A stretch of DNA of 64,000 nucleotides from Alphaproteobacteria bacterium (GTDB lineage Bacteria > Pseudomonadota > Alphaproteobacteria > Caulobacterales > Caulobacteraceae): assembly GCA_018821435.1 (NCBI GenBank), contig JAHJME010000035.1, positions 9,514 through 73,513 of the forward strand, given 5' to 3'. Below the pieces are notes generated by a model. It was not told where the DNA came from, ran no database searches, and saw only the letters and a list, made by a program, of their open reading frames with translations. Every line of letters begins with the position of its first letter. Within the stretch, counting starts at the first letter, position 1. Positions 10,696 to 23,068 of this stretch are shown here, in pieces. A program made the position numbers and the translations under genes.

Positions 10696-12557
10696 TTCGG
10701 CTTGCGCTTGCCCTTGGGCGGACCCTTGCGCGGCGGACCATCGCTGCGCGGGCCGTTGCTGCGGGGTCCATCGCTGCGGGGACCGGCGGGATTGTAAGGC
10801 GGGCGCGGGCCGTCGGCGCGGGGACCGCCCGGCTTCGGACCACCGGGACCGCCCGGAGGCCGGGGACCCAGGCCACGATCGGCGCGCGACGGCGGCGCGG
10901 CGCCCGGCGAGCTGGCCGGGTTGATGCGGATCTCGCCGGCGTCCGACGCCGACTTGATCGATTCCAGGAAGCGCGGCTCGGCCTCGCGGGTGATCTCGAA
11001 CTTGGTCTCGTGATCGAAGATCCGGATGACGCCGATGTCCTTCTTGGTCACGTGACCCAGGCGGCAGATCAGCGGCACCAGCCACTTGGGGTCGGCATTC
11101 TTCGAACGGCCGACCGGCAGGCGGAACCAGGCGGCGTCGCTGCCGGCCCCCGGCAGGTCCGGGCGCGGACCACGGTCCAGGCGCGGCGCGCGCGGCTCCC
11201 GATCCCGGCCGCGATCCTGGCCCCGGTCCGAGGGACCCCGGTGGTCGGGCACGTCGCCGAACATCTCTTCCGGCGCGGGCAGGCGCGAGCGGTGCAGGCG
11301 GATCAGCGCGGCGGCCACAGCCTGGGGCGTGCGATCGGCCAGCAGGCGCTCGGCCAGCTCCAGCTCCTCGGGCGAGGCCGGCTCGTTCAGCAGCGGGTCT
11401 TCCAGCATCCGCGTCTGGTCCTTGGCGCGGATTTCCTCGGCCAGGGGGGGGCCGGACCATTCCACGTCGAGGTTGGCGGTGGCGAACAGGCGCTCGGCGG
11501 GGCGGCGCTTGGTGTAGGGCACGATCACGACCGAGACGCCCTTGCGTCCGGCGCGACCGGTCCGGCCGCTGCGGTGGAGCAGGCCGGCGGTGTTGGTCGG
11601 CAGGTCGGCGTGGATGACCAGGCCCAGCTCGGGCAGGTCGAGGCCACGGGCGGCGACGTCGGTGGCGATACAGGCCTTCGCATGGCCGTCGCGCAGCGAC
11701 TGGAGCGCATCCGAGCGCTCCTTCTGCGACAGCTCGCCGGACAGCTGGACAACCGAGAAGCCGCGTTCGCGCAGGCTGCCGTAGAGGTGGCGGACCCGTT
11801 CGCGGGTGGCGCAGAAGATCAGCGAGCCGGGGCTCTCGAAGTAGCGCAGCAGGTTGACCACCGCGTTCTCGATCTCGTTCGGCGCCACGCGGACCGCGCG
11901 GTACTCGATGTCGCCGTGGGCCTCGTCGCGCCGCAGCGTGTCGATCCGCACCGCGTCCTTCTGATAGCGCTTGGCCAGCGCCGCGATGTCCTTGGCGATG
12001 GTGGCGGAGAACAGGAACGTGCGGCGTTCCTTCGGCGTGGAGTCGAGGATTTCCTCGAGGTCCTCGCGGAAGCCCATGTCCAGCATCTCGTCGGCTTCAT
12101 CCAGCACCACGACCCTGAGGGCCGTCAGGTCCAGGTTGCCGCGCTCGATGTGGTCGCGCAGGCGGCCCGGGGTGCCGACCACGATGTGCGCGCCGGCGGA
12201 CAGGGCCCGCTGCTCCTGCCGCGCATCCATGCCGCCGACGCAGGTGACGATACGGGCGCCGGCCGGGGCGTACAGCCAGGTCAGTTCCCGGCTGACCTGC
12301 ATGGCCAGCTCGCGGGTGGGGGCGATGGCCAGGAACAACGGCGCCTCGGCCCGCCCGAACCGCTCCTCGTCACCCAGCAGCGGGGCCGCGGCCGCCAGGC
12401 CGAACGCCACCGTCTTGCCCGAGCCGGTCTGCGCCGAGACCAGCAGGTCGCGGTTGGGCTCGGCGGCCAGCACGGCCTCCTGGACGGGGGTCGGCTCGAG
12501 ATAGCCTTGGGCGCCGAGCGCCTTGGCGAGCGCCGGATGGGTGGGCGGGAATGGCAT
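10692..12557 (-). CDS. DEAD/DEAH-box RNA helicase with DbpA-type RNA-binding domain and Gly/Pro/Arg tail
   Basis: AQTGSGKT, PTRELA, TPGR, DEAD, FSAT, ATDVAARGLD, HRSGRTGRAG, WFRLPVGR C-terminal domain. Confidence 0.93.
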   Translation of the reverse strand: MPFPPTHPALAKALGAQGYLEPTPVQEAVLAAEPNRDLLVSAQTGSGKTVAFGLAAAAPLLGDEERFGRAEAPLFLAIAPTRELAMQVSRELTWLYAPAGARIVTCVGGMDARQEQRALSAGAHIVVGTPGRLRDHIERGNLDLTALRVVVLDEADEMLDMGFREDLEEILDSTPKERRTFLFSATIAKDIAALAKRYQKDAVRIDTLRRDEAHGDIEYRAVRVAPNEIENAVVNLLRYFESPGSLIFCATRERVRHLYGSLRERGFSVVQLSGELSQKERSDALQSLRDGHAKACIATDVAARGLDLPELGLVIHADLPTNTAGLLHRSGRTGRAGRKGVSVVIVPYTKRRPAERLFATANLDVEWSGPPLAEEIRAKDQTRMLEDPLLNEPASPEELELAERLLADRTPQAVAAALIRLHRSRLPAPEEMFGDVPDHRGPSDRGQDRGRDREPRAPRLDRGPRPDLPGAGSDAAWFRLPVGRSKNADPKWLVPLICRLGHVTKKDIGVIRIFDHETKFEITREAEPRFLESIKSASDAGEIRINPASSPGAAPPSRADRGLGPRPPGGPGGPKPGGPRADGPRPPYNPAGPRSDGPRSNGPRSDGPPRKGPPKGKRKPN

Positions 12558-12635
12558 GGGAAGTCCTTAGTCGCGCTTCACGCGCGAAACGGCGGCTCTT
12601 GGACGCCTCCTCGCGCCAAAACGCAAGTTCAATCG

Positions 12636-15455
12636 TCAGCGTGCGACGCTGGCGCGCGCTCGGGACAGGTTGCCGCGGCGGCCTTGGCCGGCTTCCGCTT
12701 CGCTGTCGTTGAGCGCCGAAAGCAGCGCCGCCTTCAGCGCATTGCCCTTCCGGGCGTCGGTGATCTTTTGCCCGTCCTTGCCCACCACATAGAAGGCGTC
12801 GACGGCGCGCTCGCCGTAGCCGTCGATGTGCGCGGAGGTGATTTCCAGCCCGGCATCCGACAGCGTGCGGGCCAGGGCGGCCAGCAGGCCGGGCCGGTCG
12901 CGGCCCGAGGCCTCCACCACCGTCGAGGTCTCCGAGGCGTCGTTGTCCAGCATCACCGCCGTGGTGATCGCGAAGGCGGCCGCGCGTCCCAGGTCCTGGC
13001 GGCGGGGCTCCCGGCCATGGGGCTCGCCCCGCGCGGCGCCGGCCAGGCTGTCGGCCAGTCGCGTCAGCACCCGCGCATCGGTGTCGCCGAACGGCTGGCC
13101 GGTGACGTCCTGGACATAAAATACGTCCAGCGCCTGGCCCCTGTTCGAGGTGAAGACCCGCGCCCCGACGATATTGGCGCCCGCCGCGGTGATCGCCTCG
13201 GCCAGGTCCACGAACAGGCGCGGCCGGTCGGTGGCGGCGACGGCGACTTCGGAGGCGTTGAGATCGTTGCGGATCCGGCATTCCGCCGCCCCGCCCGCGC
13301 CACCGGCCGCCGCGGCGGCGAGGCGCGCGTGGATCTGCACCTCCTCGTCGGTGAAGGCGGTGAAATAGGCGTCCTCCATGGCGTCGCCCCAGGTCTCGGC
13401 GCCGGGCTGGGCCTTGGCCAGGCGGACGCGGGCGTCGTAGGCGGCGTTCTCCTGGTAGCGGCGCAGCGCCGCGGCGCCGTCCGACCCGCGGCCGCCCCGG
13501 AACACGGCCTCGGTGGCGGTGTACAGCTCCCGCATGAGCTGACCCTTCCAGCCGTTCCAGACCCCCGGGCCCACGGCCCGGATGTCGGCGACGGTCAGCA
13601 CCAGCAGCAGGCGCAGCCGCTCCGGCGTCTGCACGATCTGGGCGAAGTCCGACACGGTGCGCGGGTCCGAGATGTCGCGCTTCTGCGCGTAGTCGCTCAT
13701 CACCAGGTGATGCTCGACCAGCCAGTCGACCAGCTCGATCTTCGACCGCTCAATGCCCAGCCGCTCGCAGGCCTGGCGCGCGGCGCGGGCCCCGGCCACC
13801 TCCTGGCCGCCCGCCCCGCCCTTGCCGGTGTCATGCAGCAGCATGGCCAGGAACAGCGCCTCGCGGTCGACGATCAGCGGCATCACCTGGGTGGCCAGCG
13901 GATGGTCTTCAGCCATCCGTCCCGCCGCGATGTCGGCGATGACGCCGACCGCGCGCAGCGTGTGCTCGTCCACCGTGTACGAGTGGTACATGTTGAACTG
14001 CATCTGGGCGACGATGCGCCCGTATTCCGGTAGATAGCGGCCCAGCACGCCTGCCTCGGTCATCAGGGTCAGGGTCGTGCGCGGATCGCGGCCCCGGGCC
14101 AGGATATCCAGGAACACCTTGGCCGCGTGACGGTCGCGCCGCACCGCCGAGGTGATCAGTTGGATCGACCGCGAGGCCGCGGTGAAGGCGTCCGGGTGCA
14201 GGTCCAGGTTCCGCTGGTCGGCGATCCGGAACAGCCGCAGCAGGTTGATGGGATCGTGCTCGAAGATGTCGGGATCGACGTCCAGGCGTCCGCCGATCTC
14301 GTGGAAGCCCGGCTCGGCCAGCGGCTTGCGCTTCACGCTGCGGCCCGGGATGAACCGGCTGATCCCCTTGGGCGCCAGCTTCACCTGGTCGGCTTCCAGC
14401 TTGGCGGCGAACACCCGGGTCAGGGCGCCCACATCCTTGGCGATCAGGAAGTAGCGCCGCATGAACCGCTCGACCGCCGGCGCGTCGCCCCGATCGCCAT
14501 AGCCCATCCGCCGCGCGATCTCGGGCTGCAGGTCGAACGTCAGCCGCTCTTCCGGCCGGCCGGTGGTGAAGTGCAGGTGGCTGCGCACCGCCCACAGGAA
14601 GTCGAACGCCTGGATGAACGCCCGGACCTCGCGGCGCGCGAACATCTCCAGCTGCAGCACCTTCTCGATCGACTGACCGGGGTGCAGGTACTGGGCGATC
14701 CAGAACAGGGTGTTCAGGTCGCGAAGTCCGCCCTTACCCTCCTTGATGTTCGGCTCGACCATATAGCGGCTGGCGCCGGCGCGGGCATGGCGCTCGTCGC
14801 GCTCCTTGAGCTTGGCGGCGACGAACTCGGCGCCGGTGCCCCGGACGACCTCCGCCTGGAACCGCCGGACCAGCTCGTCGGCGAGCTGCTCGTCGCCGGT
14901 CAGGCGCCGCGCCTCCAGGATCGTGGTGCGGATCGTGAAGTCCTCGCGGGAGAGCTTGATGCACTCCTCGACCGTCCGCGAGGCGTGGCCGACTTTGAAG
15001 CCCAGGTCCCACAGGGCGTAGAGCATGAACTCGATCACGCTCTCGGTGTGGGCGGTCTGCTTGTAGGGCCGCACGAACAGCAGATCGATGTCGGAATAGG
15101 GCGCCAGCGTCCCGCGCCCGTAGCCGCCGACGGCCATCAGCGCCAGGCGCTCGCCCTCGGTCGGATTGCGCGCCCGGAAGACGTGGACGGTGGTGAAATC
15201 CCAGAGCGCGGTGATCACCTCGTCGGTGACGCCGGACAACAGGCGCGCGGTCTCGATGCCGCCGGCGCCGTTCTCCAGCCGCTCCTTGGCGATCATCCGG
15301 CCGCGGAACAGCGCCGCCTTGAGCACTTCCAGCGCCGCCTTCCGCTGCGCGGCCTGGTCGCCCAGGTTGTCCAGCGCTGCACCGGACAGCTGGGCGCGCA
15401 GCCGCACGCCGTCGACGACGTATTCCAGGCGGGTGGGTTTCAGACGGGTGACCAT
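12636..15455 (-). CDS. glnD: Bifunctional PII uridylyltransferase / uridylyl-removing enzyme
   Basis: AVGGYGRGTLAPYSDIDLL NTase motif, KEGKGGLRDL, HSYTVDEH...LLHDTGKG HD domain, two C-terminal ACT domains (DRPRL, DRPGLL). Confidence 0.96.
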   Translation of the reverse strand: MVTRLKPTRLEYVVDGVRLRAQLSGAALDNLGDQAAQRKAALEVLKAALFRGRMIAKERLENGAGGIETARLLSGVTDEVITALWDFTTVHVFRARNPTEGERLALMAVGGYGRGTLAPYSDIDLLFVRPYKQTAHTESVIEFMLYALWDLGFKVGHASRTVEECIKLSREDFTIRTTILEARRLTGDEQLADELVRRFQAEVVRGTGAEFVAAKLKERDERHARAGASRYMVEPNIKEGKGGLRDLNTLFWIAQYLHPGQSIEKVLQLEMFARREVRAFIQAFDFLWAVRSHLHFTTGRPEERLTFDLQPEIARRMGYGDRGDAPAVERFMRRYFLIAKDVGALTRVFAAKLEADQVKLAPKGISRFIPGRSVKRKPLAEPGFHEIGGRLDVDPDIFEHDPINLLRLFRIADQRNLDLHPDAFTAASRSIQLITSAVRRDRHAAKVFLDILARGRDPRTTLTLMTEAGVLGRYLPEYGRIVAQMQFNMYHSYTVDEHTLRAVGVIADIAAGRMAEDHPLATQVMPLIVDREALFLAMLLHDTGKGGAGGQEVAGARAARQACERLGIERSKIELVDWLVEHHLVMSDYAQKRDISDPRTVSDFAQIVQTPERLRLLLVLTVADIRAVGPGVWNGWKGQLMRELYTATEAVFRGGRGSDGAAALRRYQENAAYDARVRLAKAQPGAETWGDAMEDAYFTAFTDEEVQIHARLAAAAAGGAGGAAECRIRNDLNASEVAVAATDRPRLFVDLAEAITAAGANIVGARVFTSNRGQALDVFYVQDVTGQPFGDTDARVLTRLADSLAGAARGEPHGREPRRQDLGRAAAFAITTAVMLDNDASETSTVVEASGRDRPGLLAALARTLSDAGLEITSAHIDGYGERAVDAFYVVGKDGQKITDARKGNALKAALLSALNDSEAEAGQGRRGNLSRARASVAR

Positions 15456-15567
15456 GGCGGAATACGCATATAGGCGACTTCGTTAACGCGCGCAGGAGGT
15501 TCCGGCTTTTCCTGGCGTCGAGCGCCCGCTATGCCCGCGCCCCGCGTGCGAGAGTTGGCGTAACCCC

Positions 15568-15915
15568 ATGGGAAGAGGATCGTATCGCGGCGGCTCCACG
15601 CCGGTTGGCTGGAACGCCAACAGCTATGTCGCGCCCAAGCTCACCGGCCGCACCCGCAACGGCAAGGCGCTGATCAAGGACCTGACCGCGCGGACCGCCC
15701 AGAGCCGCGCCGAACAGGCCGGTCAGGACGAACGCGCGCGCAAACGCCACGGCCTGGCGCCGGCGAAGGCCAAACCGGTCTCGGCCCAGCCTCTGGCCGT
15801 CAGCACCGGCAAGTCCAGCATCGCCAACGCCGCCCGCAAGCGATTGAAGGCCAAGGCTGGGTCGGCGTTCACGGTGACGGTGGTGAAGCGGAAACGGGCG
15901 AAGCGCCTGAAATAA
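15568..15915 (+). CDS. Small highly basic hypothetical protein
   Basis: 115-aa ORF with GC-rich third positions filling the glnD-mutS gap; very Lys/Arg/Ala-rich. Confidence 0.6.
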   Translation: MGRGSYRGGSTPVGWNANSYVAPKLTGRTRNGKALIKDLTARTAQSRAEQAGQDERARKRHGLAPAKAKPVSAQPLAVSTGKSSIANAARKRLKAKAGSAFTVTVVKRKRAKRLK

Positions 15916-15923
15916 CTACGCGA

Positions 15924-18614
<2,691 letters not shown>

Positions 18615-18693
18615 GAAGCGGCAGACGTTAACGGCCGCATTCGAGTCCCGCACCCCCTTGAACCGCGTCATCCGAGCGCCAAGCTGTGGATAG

Positions 18694-19242
18694 ATGGCCC
18701 ACGACAGCATCGATACGCGGTTTGTGCTCTTCCCCGCCGGCCCGGCGGACGCGGAAGCGCTGGGGCAGGCGCACGTCACGTCCTGGCGCGAAACCTATCG
18801 CGGCCTGTTGCCCGACGCCTATCTGGCCCGGATGTCGGCGGACAGCCACACCCGCCGCTTCGCCCGCGCCCTGCTGCATCCCGGCCCCCGGGACGTCACC
18901 CTGGCGGCCGCCGACCGCGCCGGGATCGTCGGCTATGCCCAGGGCGGGCCCTCGCGTCGGGGTCACCCCGAGGAAGCGGAGGTGGCGACGCTCTATCTGC
19001 TGAAGAGCGCCCAGAACCGGGGCGTCGGGACCCGCCTGCTGACCGAGACGGCGCGCGCGCTGGCGGCCAATGGCGCGACGGCGCTGATGGTGTCGGTGTT
19101 GCGGGACAACGTGGCGGCACGGGGATTCTACGAGCACCTGGGCGGCGTCGCAGAACCGTCGCGCCTGGAGCCCGGTCCCGGCGGCGGTCTCCTGCACGAG
19201 GTGGCGTATCGGTGGCCGGATATCCGGACGCTGATCGGCTGA
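18694..19242 (+). CDS. GNAT family N-acetyltransferase
   Basis: SWRETYRGLLP, LYLLKSAQNRGVGTRLL, N.AARGFYEHLGG. Confidence 0.85.
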   Translation: MAHDSIDTRFVLFPAGPADAEALGQAHVTSWRETYRGLLPDAYLARMSADSHTRRFARALLHPGPRDVTLAAADRAGIVGYAQGGPSRRGHPEEAEVATLYLLKSAQNRGVGTRLLTETARALAANGATALMVSVLRDNVAARGFYEHLGGVAEPSRLEPGPGGGLLHEVAYRWPDIRTLIG

Positions 19243-19286
19243 ATCGCCCCTCCCTCGTCGCGCAGACGACGAGCTAGGAGCGGGTC

Positions 19287-20234
19287 CTACGCCAACACCG
19301 CCGGCGCCGAGGTCAGCGAGACGAACACGTCCTCCAGGTCCGGGTCCTCGGTGGAGATGTCCTTGATGTGCAGGCCGGCGGCGCGGATGGCGGCCAGGAC
19401 CTGCTCCACGCTGGACTGCCCCGTGCGGTAGGTCACCGAGAACCCGCCCGCCTTCGTCAGCTTGGTCTCGAAGCCCGCCAGGGTCGGCGCCGCTTCGAGC
19501 GGCTCGTCCGGCGTCACCAGCACCATGCGCGTATCCATCCGGCGCAGCAGGGTCGTGGTCGGCTCGCAGGCCACCACCTGGCCGCGGTTGATGATGGCGA
19601 TCTGGTCGCACAGCTCCTGGGCTTCTTCCAGGTAGTGGGTGGTCAGCACGATGGTCACACCCTTGCGGTTCAGCTCCAGCACATAGTTCCAGAGCTGCTT
19701 GCGCAGTTCGACGTCCACGCCGGCGGTGGGCTCGTCCAGGATCAGCACCGGCGGGTTGTGCACCATGGCCTTGGCCACCATCAGCCGGCGCTTCATGCCG
19801 CCGGAGAGCTGGCGGACATAGGCCGAGGCCTTGTCCGCCAGGCCCAGGGCGGCCAGCAGTTCGTCGGTGCGGCGCTCGGCCTTGGGCACAGCGTACATGC
19901 CGGCGGCCACGTCCAGCGCCTCGCGCGGCGTGAAGAAGGGGTCGGCGGCGATCTCCTGCGGCACCACGCCGATCGCCGCGCGGGCGTCGCGCGGCGTCTT
20001 GTCGATGTCGCGGCCCCAGATCGAGACCGTGCCGGAGGTCTTCTGGCAGAGGCCCGCCAGGATATTGATGAAGGTCGACTTGCCCGCGCCGTTCGGCCCC
20101 AGCAGGCCGAAGATCGATCCGCGCGGTATCACCAGGTCCAGACCCTTCAGGGCCTGCATTTCCGGCGTGGTCTTGGTGGCGGCGTAGGTCTTGACCAGGC
20201 CCTTGGCCTCGATCGCGTATTCCGGAAGGTCCAT
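19287..20234 (-). CDS. ABC-2 type transporter ATP-binding protein
   Basis: GPNGAGKST, LSGGMKRR, LILDEPTAGVD, TTHYLEEA. Confidence 0.93.
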   Translation of the reverse strand: MDLPEYAIEAKGLVKTYAATKTTPEMQALKGLDLVIPRGSIFGLLGPNGAGKSTFINILAGLCQKTSGTVSIWGRDIDKTPRDARAAIGVVPQEIAADPFFTPREALDVAAGMYAVPKAERRTDELLAALGLADKASAYVRQLSGGMKRRLMVAKAMVHNPPVLILDEPTAGVDVELRKQLWNYVLELNRKGVTIVLTTHYLEEAQELCDQIAIINRGQVVACEPTTTLLRRMDTRMVLVTPDEPLEAAPTLAGFETKLTKAGGFSVTYRTGQSSVEQVLAAIRAAGLHIKDISTEDPDLEDVFVSLTSAPAVLA

Positions 20235-20344
20235 GGGGTCCTAAACTTTAGACGGGCGGTCGTTGACGACGAAACCCACGCTCGCATACCTAGGGCCGCG
20301 CCGCCCCTCAGCCAAGCCGGGCGGCCCTAAAGGTATCGAAGAAC

Positions 20345-20626
20345 ATGGCCCGTAAAGCTGCCGCCAAGCCCGAGCCCGCGCCCGCCAAGCCGGCGCTGAC
20401 CGTGGACGCCAACCCACCTGAGGTGATCATCGTACGCACCGGCCGCATCGCCTGCGACGGCGTCGGCGGGGCGCTCGGCCATCCGCGCGTCTGGCTGGAG
20501 ATGGGCGAGGCCACCTTCGTCGAGTGCCCCTACTGCGACCGCCGCTTCCAACTGGCCGTCGGCAGCGAAGGTCCGGAGGACGAGTACCTGGCCCCCGGCG
20601 TATATGAAGGCCCGCACGGGCACTGA
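20345..20626 (+). CDS. Zinc-finger (zf-CHCC / NDUFS6-like) domain protein
   Basis: IACDG...LGHPRVWL...VECPYCDRRF, a C-H-CxxC arrangement. Confidence 0.85.
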   Translation: MARKAAAKPEPAPAKPALTVDANPPEVIIVRTGRIACDGVGGALGHPRVWLEMGEATFVECPYCDRRFQLAVGSEGPEDEYLAPGVYEGPHGH

Positions 20627-20631
20627 ATTCG

Positions 20632-21135
20632 ATGGCCACCGCCCTGGACGCGGATCCCGCCACCCTGGACCCGCAGGAGACCGCGTTCGTCGCGGCCATT
20701 CGAACCTACGGCTGGTTCGTCACCCACGTGGGCGCCGGCGACGGAGCGCCTGGCTTTTCCTATACGACCGGCTTCCAGCTCACGCTGGGCGCACCCGAGA
20801 TCATGATCCAGTCCTTGCGTCCCGACCTGGCCCATCAGGTGCTCCGGGACATCTTTGAAGACATCAAGGCAGGACGATCGCCGCCCATCAGGACGCCGAC
20901 GGACCAAGTGTTCGCCAACTTGAGCGCCTGCCTCCTCCCGGTCGACAAGGCGCATTATGCCGAGCACCTGGGCTGGAACCGGTGGTTCTACGCCGGGGAT
21001 GACTTCGAATGCCTGCAACTGGTCTGGCCCGACCGCGCCGGCGTCTTTCCCTGGGAGCCGGGGTTCACCGAGGCCATGCGCGGCGACCAGACCGATCTCA
21101 CCGCGCGCGGATGGCCCGCGGAGCTTCTCGGCTAG
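20632..21135 (+). CDS. DUF4262-like protein
   Basis: YGWFVTHV...PGFSYTTGF...GAPEIMI, and C-terminal LQLVWPDRAGVFPWE. Confidence 0.75.
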   Translation: MATALDADPATLDPQETAFVAAIRTYGWFVTHVGAGDGAPGFSYTTGFQLTLGAPEIMIQSLRPDLAHQVLRDIFEDIKAGRSPPIRTPTDQVFANLSACLLPVDKAHYAEHLGWNRWFYAGDDFECLQLVWPDRAGVFPWEPGFTEAMRGDQTDLTARGWPAELLG

Positions 21136-21136
21136 C

Positions 21137-22255
21137 CTAAACCCGCAGCGGCATCAGGATGTACTGCACATCCGCGTCGCCCGGATCGAGCACCAGGGCC
21201 GGGTCGTTGGGGCCGCCGAAGCGGAGCTCCATCGTGCCGCCGGAGATCTGGTCGGTGATATCCATCAGGTAGCGGGCGTTGAACGACAGCTCGAAGGGCT
21301 CGCCGTCGTAGTCGATCTCCAGCTCTTCCACCGCCTGGCCGGCTTCCATGTTGCGGACGGTCAGCACCACGCGGCCCGACTCGATCGCCATGCGCACCGA
21401 TCGGCTCTTCTCGGCCGAGATCGTCGCCACCCGGTCCACGGCCTGGGCGAACACCTTGGCGTCGACCATGACCGTGCGGTTGTTGTCCTTGGGGATCACC
21501 CGGCCGTAGTCCGGGAAGTTGCCGTCGATGACCTTGGAGGTCAGCGCCGCGCCGCCCAGCTCCAGCCGCACCTTCTGGGGGCTGATCTGAAGATCGACCG
21601 ACTCACCCGCGTCCTCGAGCAGCCGGCGGATCTCGCCGATGGTCTTGCGGGGGATGATGACGCCCGGCGTCCCGGCCGCGCCCTCGGGCGCCGGCATGTC
21701 GGCCAAGGCCAGGCGCGAGCCGTCGGTGGCCACGGCGCGCAGGCGGGCGGCGCCGTCGATGATCACGGTGTGGACGTACAGGCCGTTCAGATAATAGCGC
21801 GTCTCTTCCGCCGAGATCGCGAAGCGGGTCTTGTCGATCAGCCGGATCAGGTCGTTGACGTCGACGGTCATCTTGCCGGCGAAGCCTTCGGCCGACATCA
21901 CCGGGAAGTCGCCGGCCGGCAGGACCGGCAGGTTGAAGCGCGATCGGCCGGCGGCGACGGTCAGCCGCGGATCCTCGCCGGTGAAGCTCAACGAGACGTC
22001 GGCGCCCTCCGGCAGCTTGCGGACGATCTCGTACAGCGTGTGCGCCGGCGCGGTGATCTGGCCGGGCTGGTCCACCTGGGCCAGCGCCTCGTCGATGATC
22101 TCCATATCGAGATCGGTCGCCGAGAACGTCAGCCGGTCCCGTTCCGCCGACAGCAGCACGTTCGACAGGATCGGAATGGTGTTGCGGCGCTCCACCGCGC
22201 TCTGGACGTGGCCAAGCGCCTTGAGCAACGCGGCGCGTTCAATGGTCAGCTTCAT
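21137..22255 (-). CDS. dnaN: DNA polymerase III beta clamp
   Basis: VERRNTIPILSNVLL, ATDLD, EETRYYLNG, VATDGSRLA, FPDYGRVIP, terminal LMPLRV. Confidence 0.96.
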   Translation of the reverse strand: MKLTIERAALLKALGHVQSAVERRNTIPILSNVLLSAERDRLTFSATDLDMEIIDEALAQVDQPGQITAPAHTLYEIVRKLPEGADVSLSFTGEDPRLTVAAGRSRFNLPVLPAGDFPVMSAEGFAGKMTVDVNDLIRLIDKTRFAISAEETRYYLNGLYVHTVIIDGAARLRAVATDGSRLALADMPAPEGAAGTPGVIIPRKTIGEIRRLLEDAGESVDLQISPQKVRLELGGAALTSKVIDGNFPDYGRVIPKDNNRTVMVDAKVFAQAVDRVATISAEKSRSVRMAIESGRVVLTVRNMEAGQAVEELEIDYDGEPFELSFNARYLMDITDQISGGTMELRFGGPNDPALVLDPGDADVQYILMPLRV

Positions 22256-22440
22256 GTCGGTCCCGGCTCGCCAATCATGCGCCTGCTAGCGAATCACGCC
22301 GCCCAGCGCACGCCCCGAAGGGAGGGGACTTCGGACATTAGCGATTTAATAACCGCGATAAAGAGCCCCGCGGCGTCACCCACAGCAAAACGCCTCGCGG
22401 AGACCGCGAGGCGCGTTGCAAAGGCGCCCGATGCGGGTCG

Positions 22441-23052
22441 TCAGGCGCGGGTGTCGACCGAACCGCCACCGGCGTCGCCGCCGCCTTCGCCATCGGCATC
22501 GGCATCGGCATAGGGATTGGCCGCCGGAGCCGCCGACGCGCCCTTGGCGGCCACGACCACCATGGCCGGGCGAACCAGCCGGCCCAGCAACTCGTAGCCG
22601 GGCTGCATCACCTGGATCACGCCGCCCGGGGGCACGTCCTCGCCGGGCTGTTCCATCATCGCCTGGTGCTTGTGCGGGTCGAACTTCTCGCCCTTGGCCG
22701 GCTCGATACGCTTCAGGCCGTTGCGGTCGAAGGCGCCCTGCAGCTCCTTGGCGGTCATCTCGACGCCGACGATGAAGTTCTTCATCGGCCCGTCCACCTC
22801 GGTCGGCGCCGCGGCCAGCGCCCGGTCGAAGATGTCGGCGGCGCCCAGCAGGTCGCGGGCGAACTTGGTGATCGCATAGGCGCGCGCGTCGTTCATCTCG
22901 CGCTCGGCGCGGCGCTTGGTGTTCTCCGCGTCGGCGGCGTAGCGGAGCACCTGCTCCTTCAGCGACTGGATCTCGGCCAGCAGCCGGTCGATGTTGGCGT
23001 TGCCTTCGTCGCCATCCGCTTCGAAATCGGCGGGCGTGTGATCTTCGGACAT
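22441..23052 (-). CDS. grpE: Nucleotide exchange factor GrpE
   Basis: LRYAADAENTKRR, FDPHKHQAM, QPGYELLGRLVRPAMVVV. Confidence 0.95.
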   Translation of the reverse strand: MSEDHTPADFEADGDEGNANIDRLLAEIQSLKEQVLRYAADAENTKRRAEREMNDARAYAITKFARDLLGAADIFDRALAAAPTEVDGPMKNFIVGVEMTAKELQGAFDRNGLKRIEPAKGEKFDPHKHQAMMEQPGEDVPPGGVIQVMQPGYELLGRLVRPAMVVVAAKGASAAPAANPYADADADGEGGGDAGGGSVDTRA

Positions 23053-23068
23053 AGCTCTCGTTCGGTCC

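Noticed and set aside
11010-14033. 1007-aa plus-strand ORF
   Set aside because: Antisense shadow of the DEAD helicase and glnD; no motifs.
22486-22512. GCATCG tandem repeat at the grpE 3' end
   Set aside because: Only about three to four hexamer units encoding an ADAD low-complexity tail; too short for a contingency locus.
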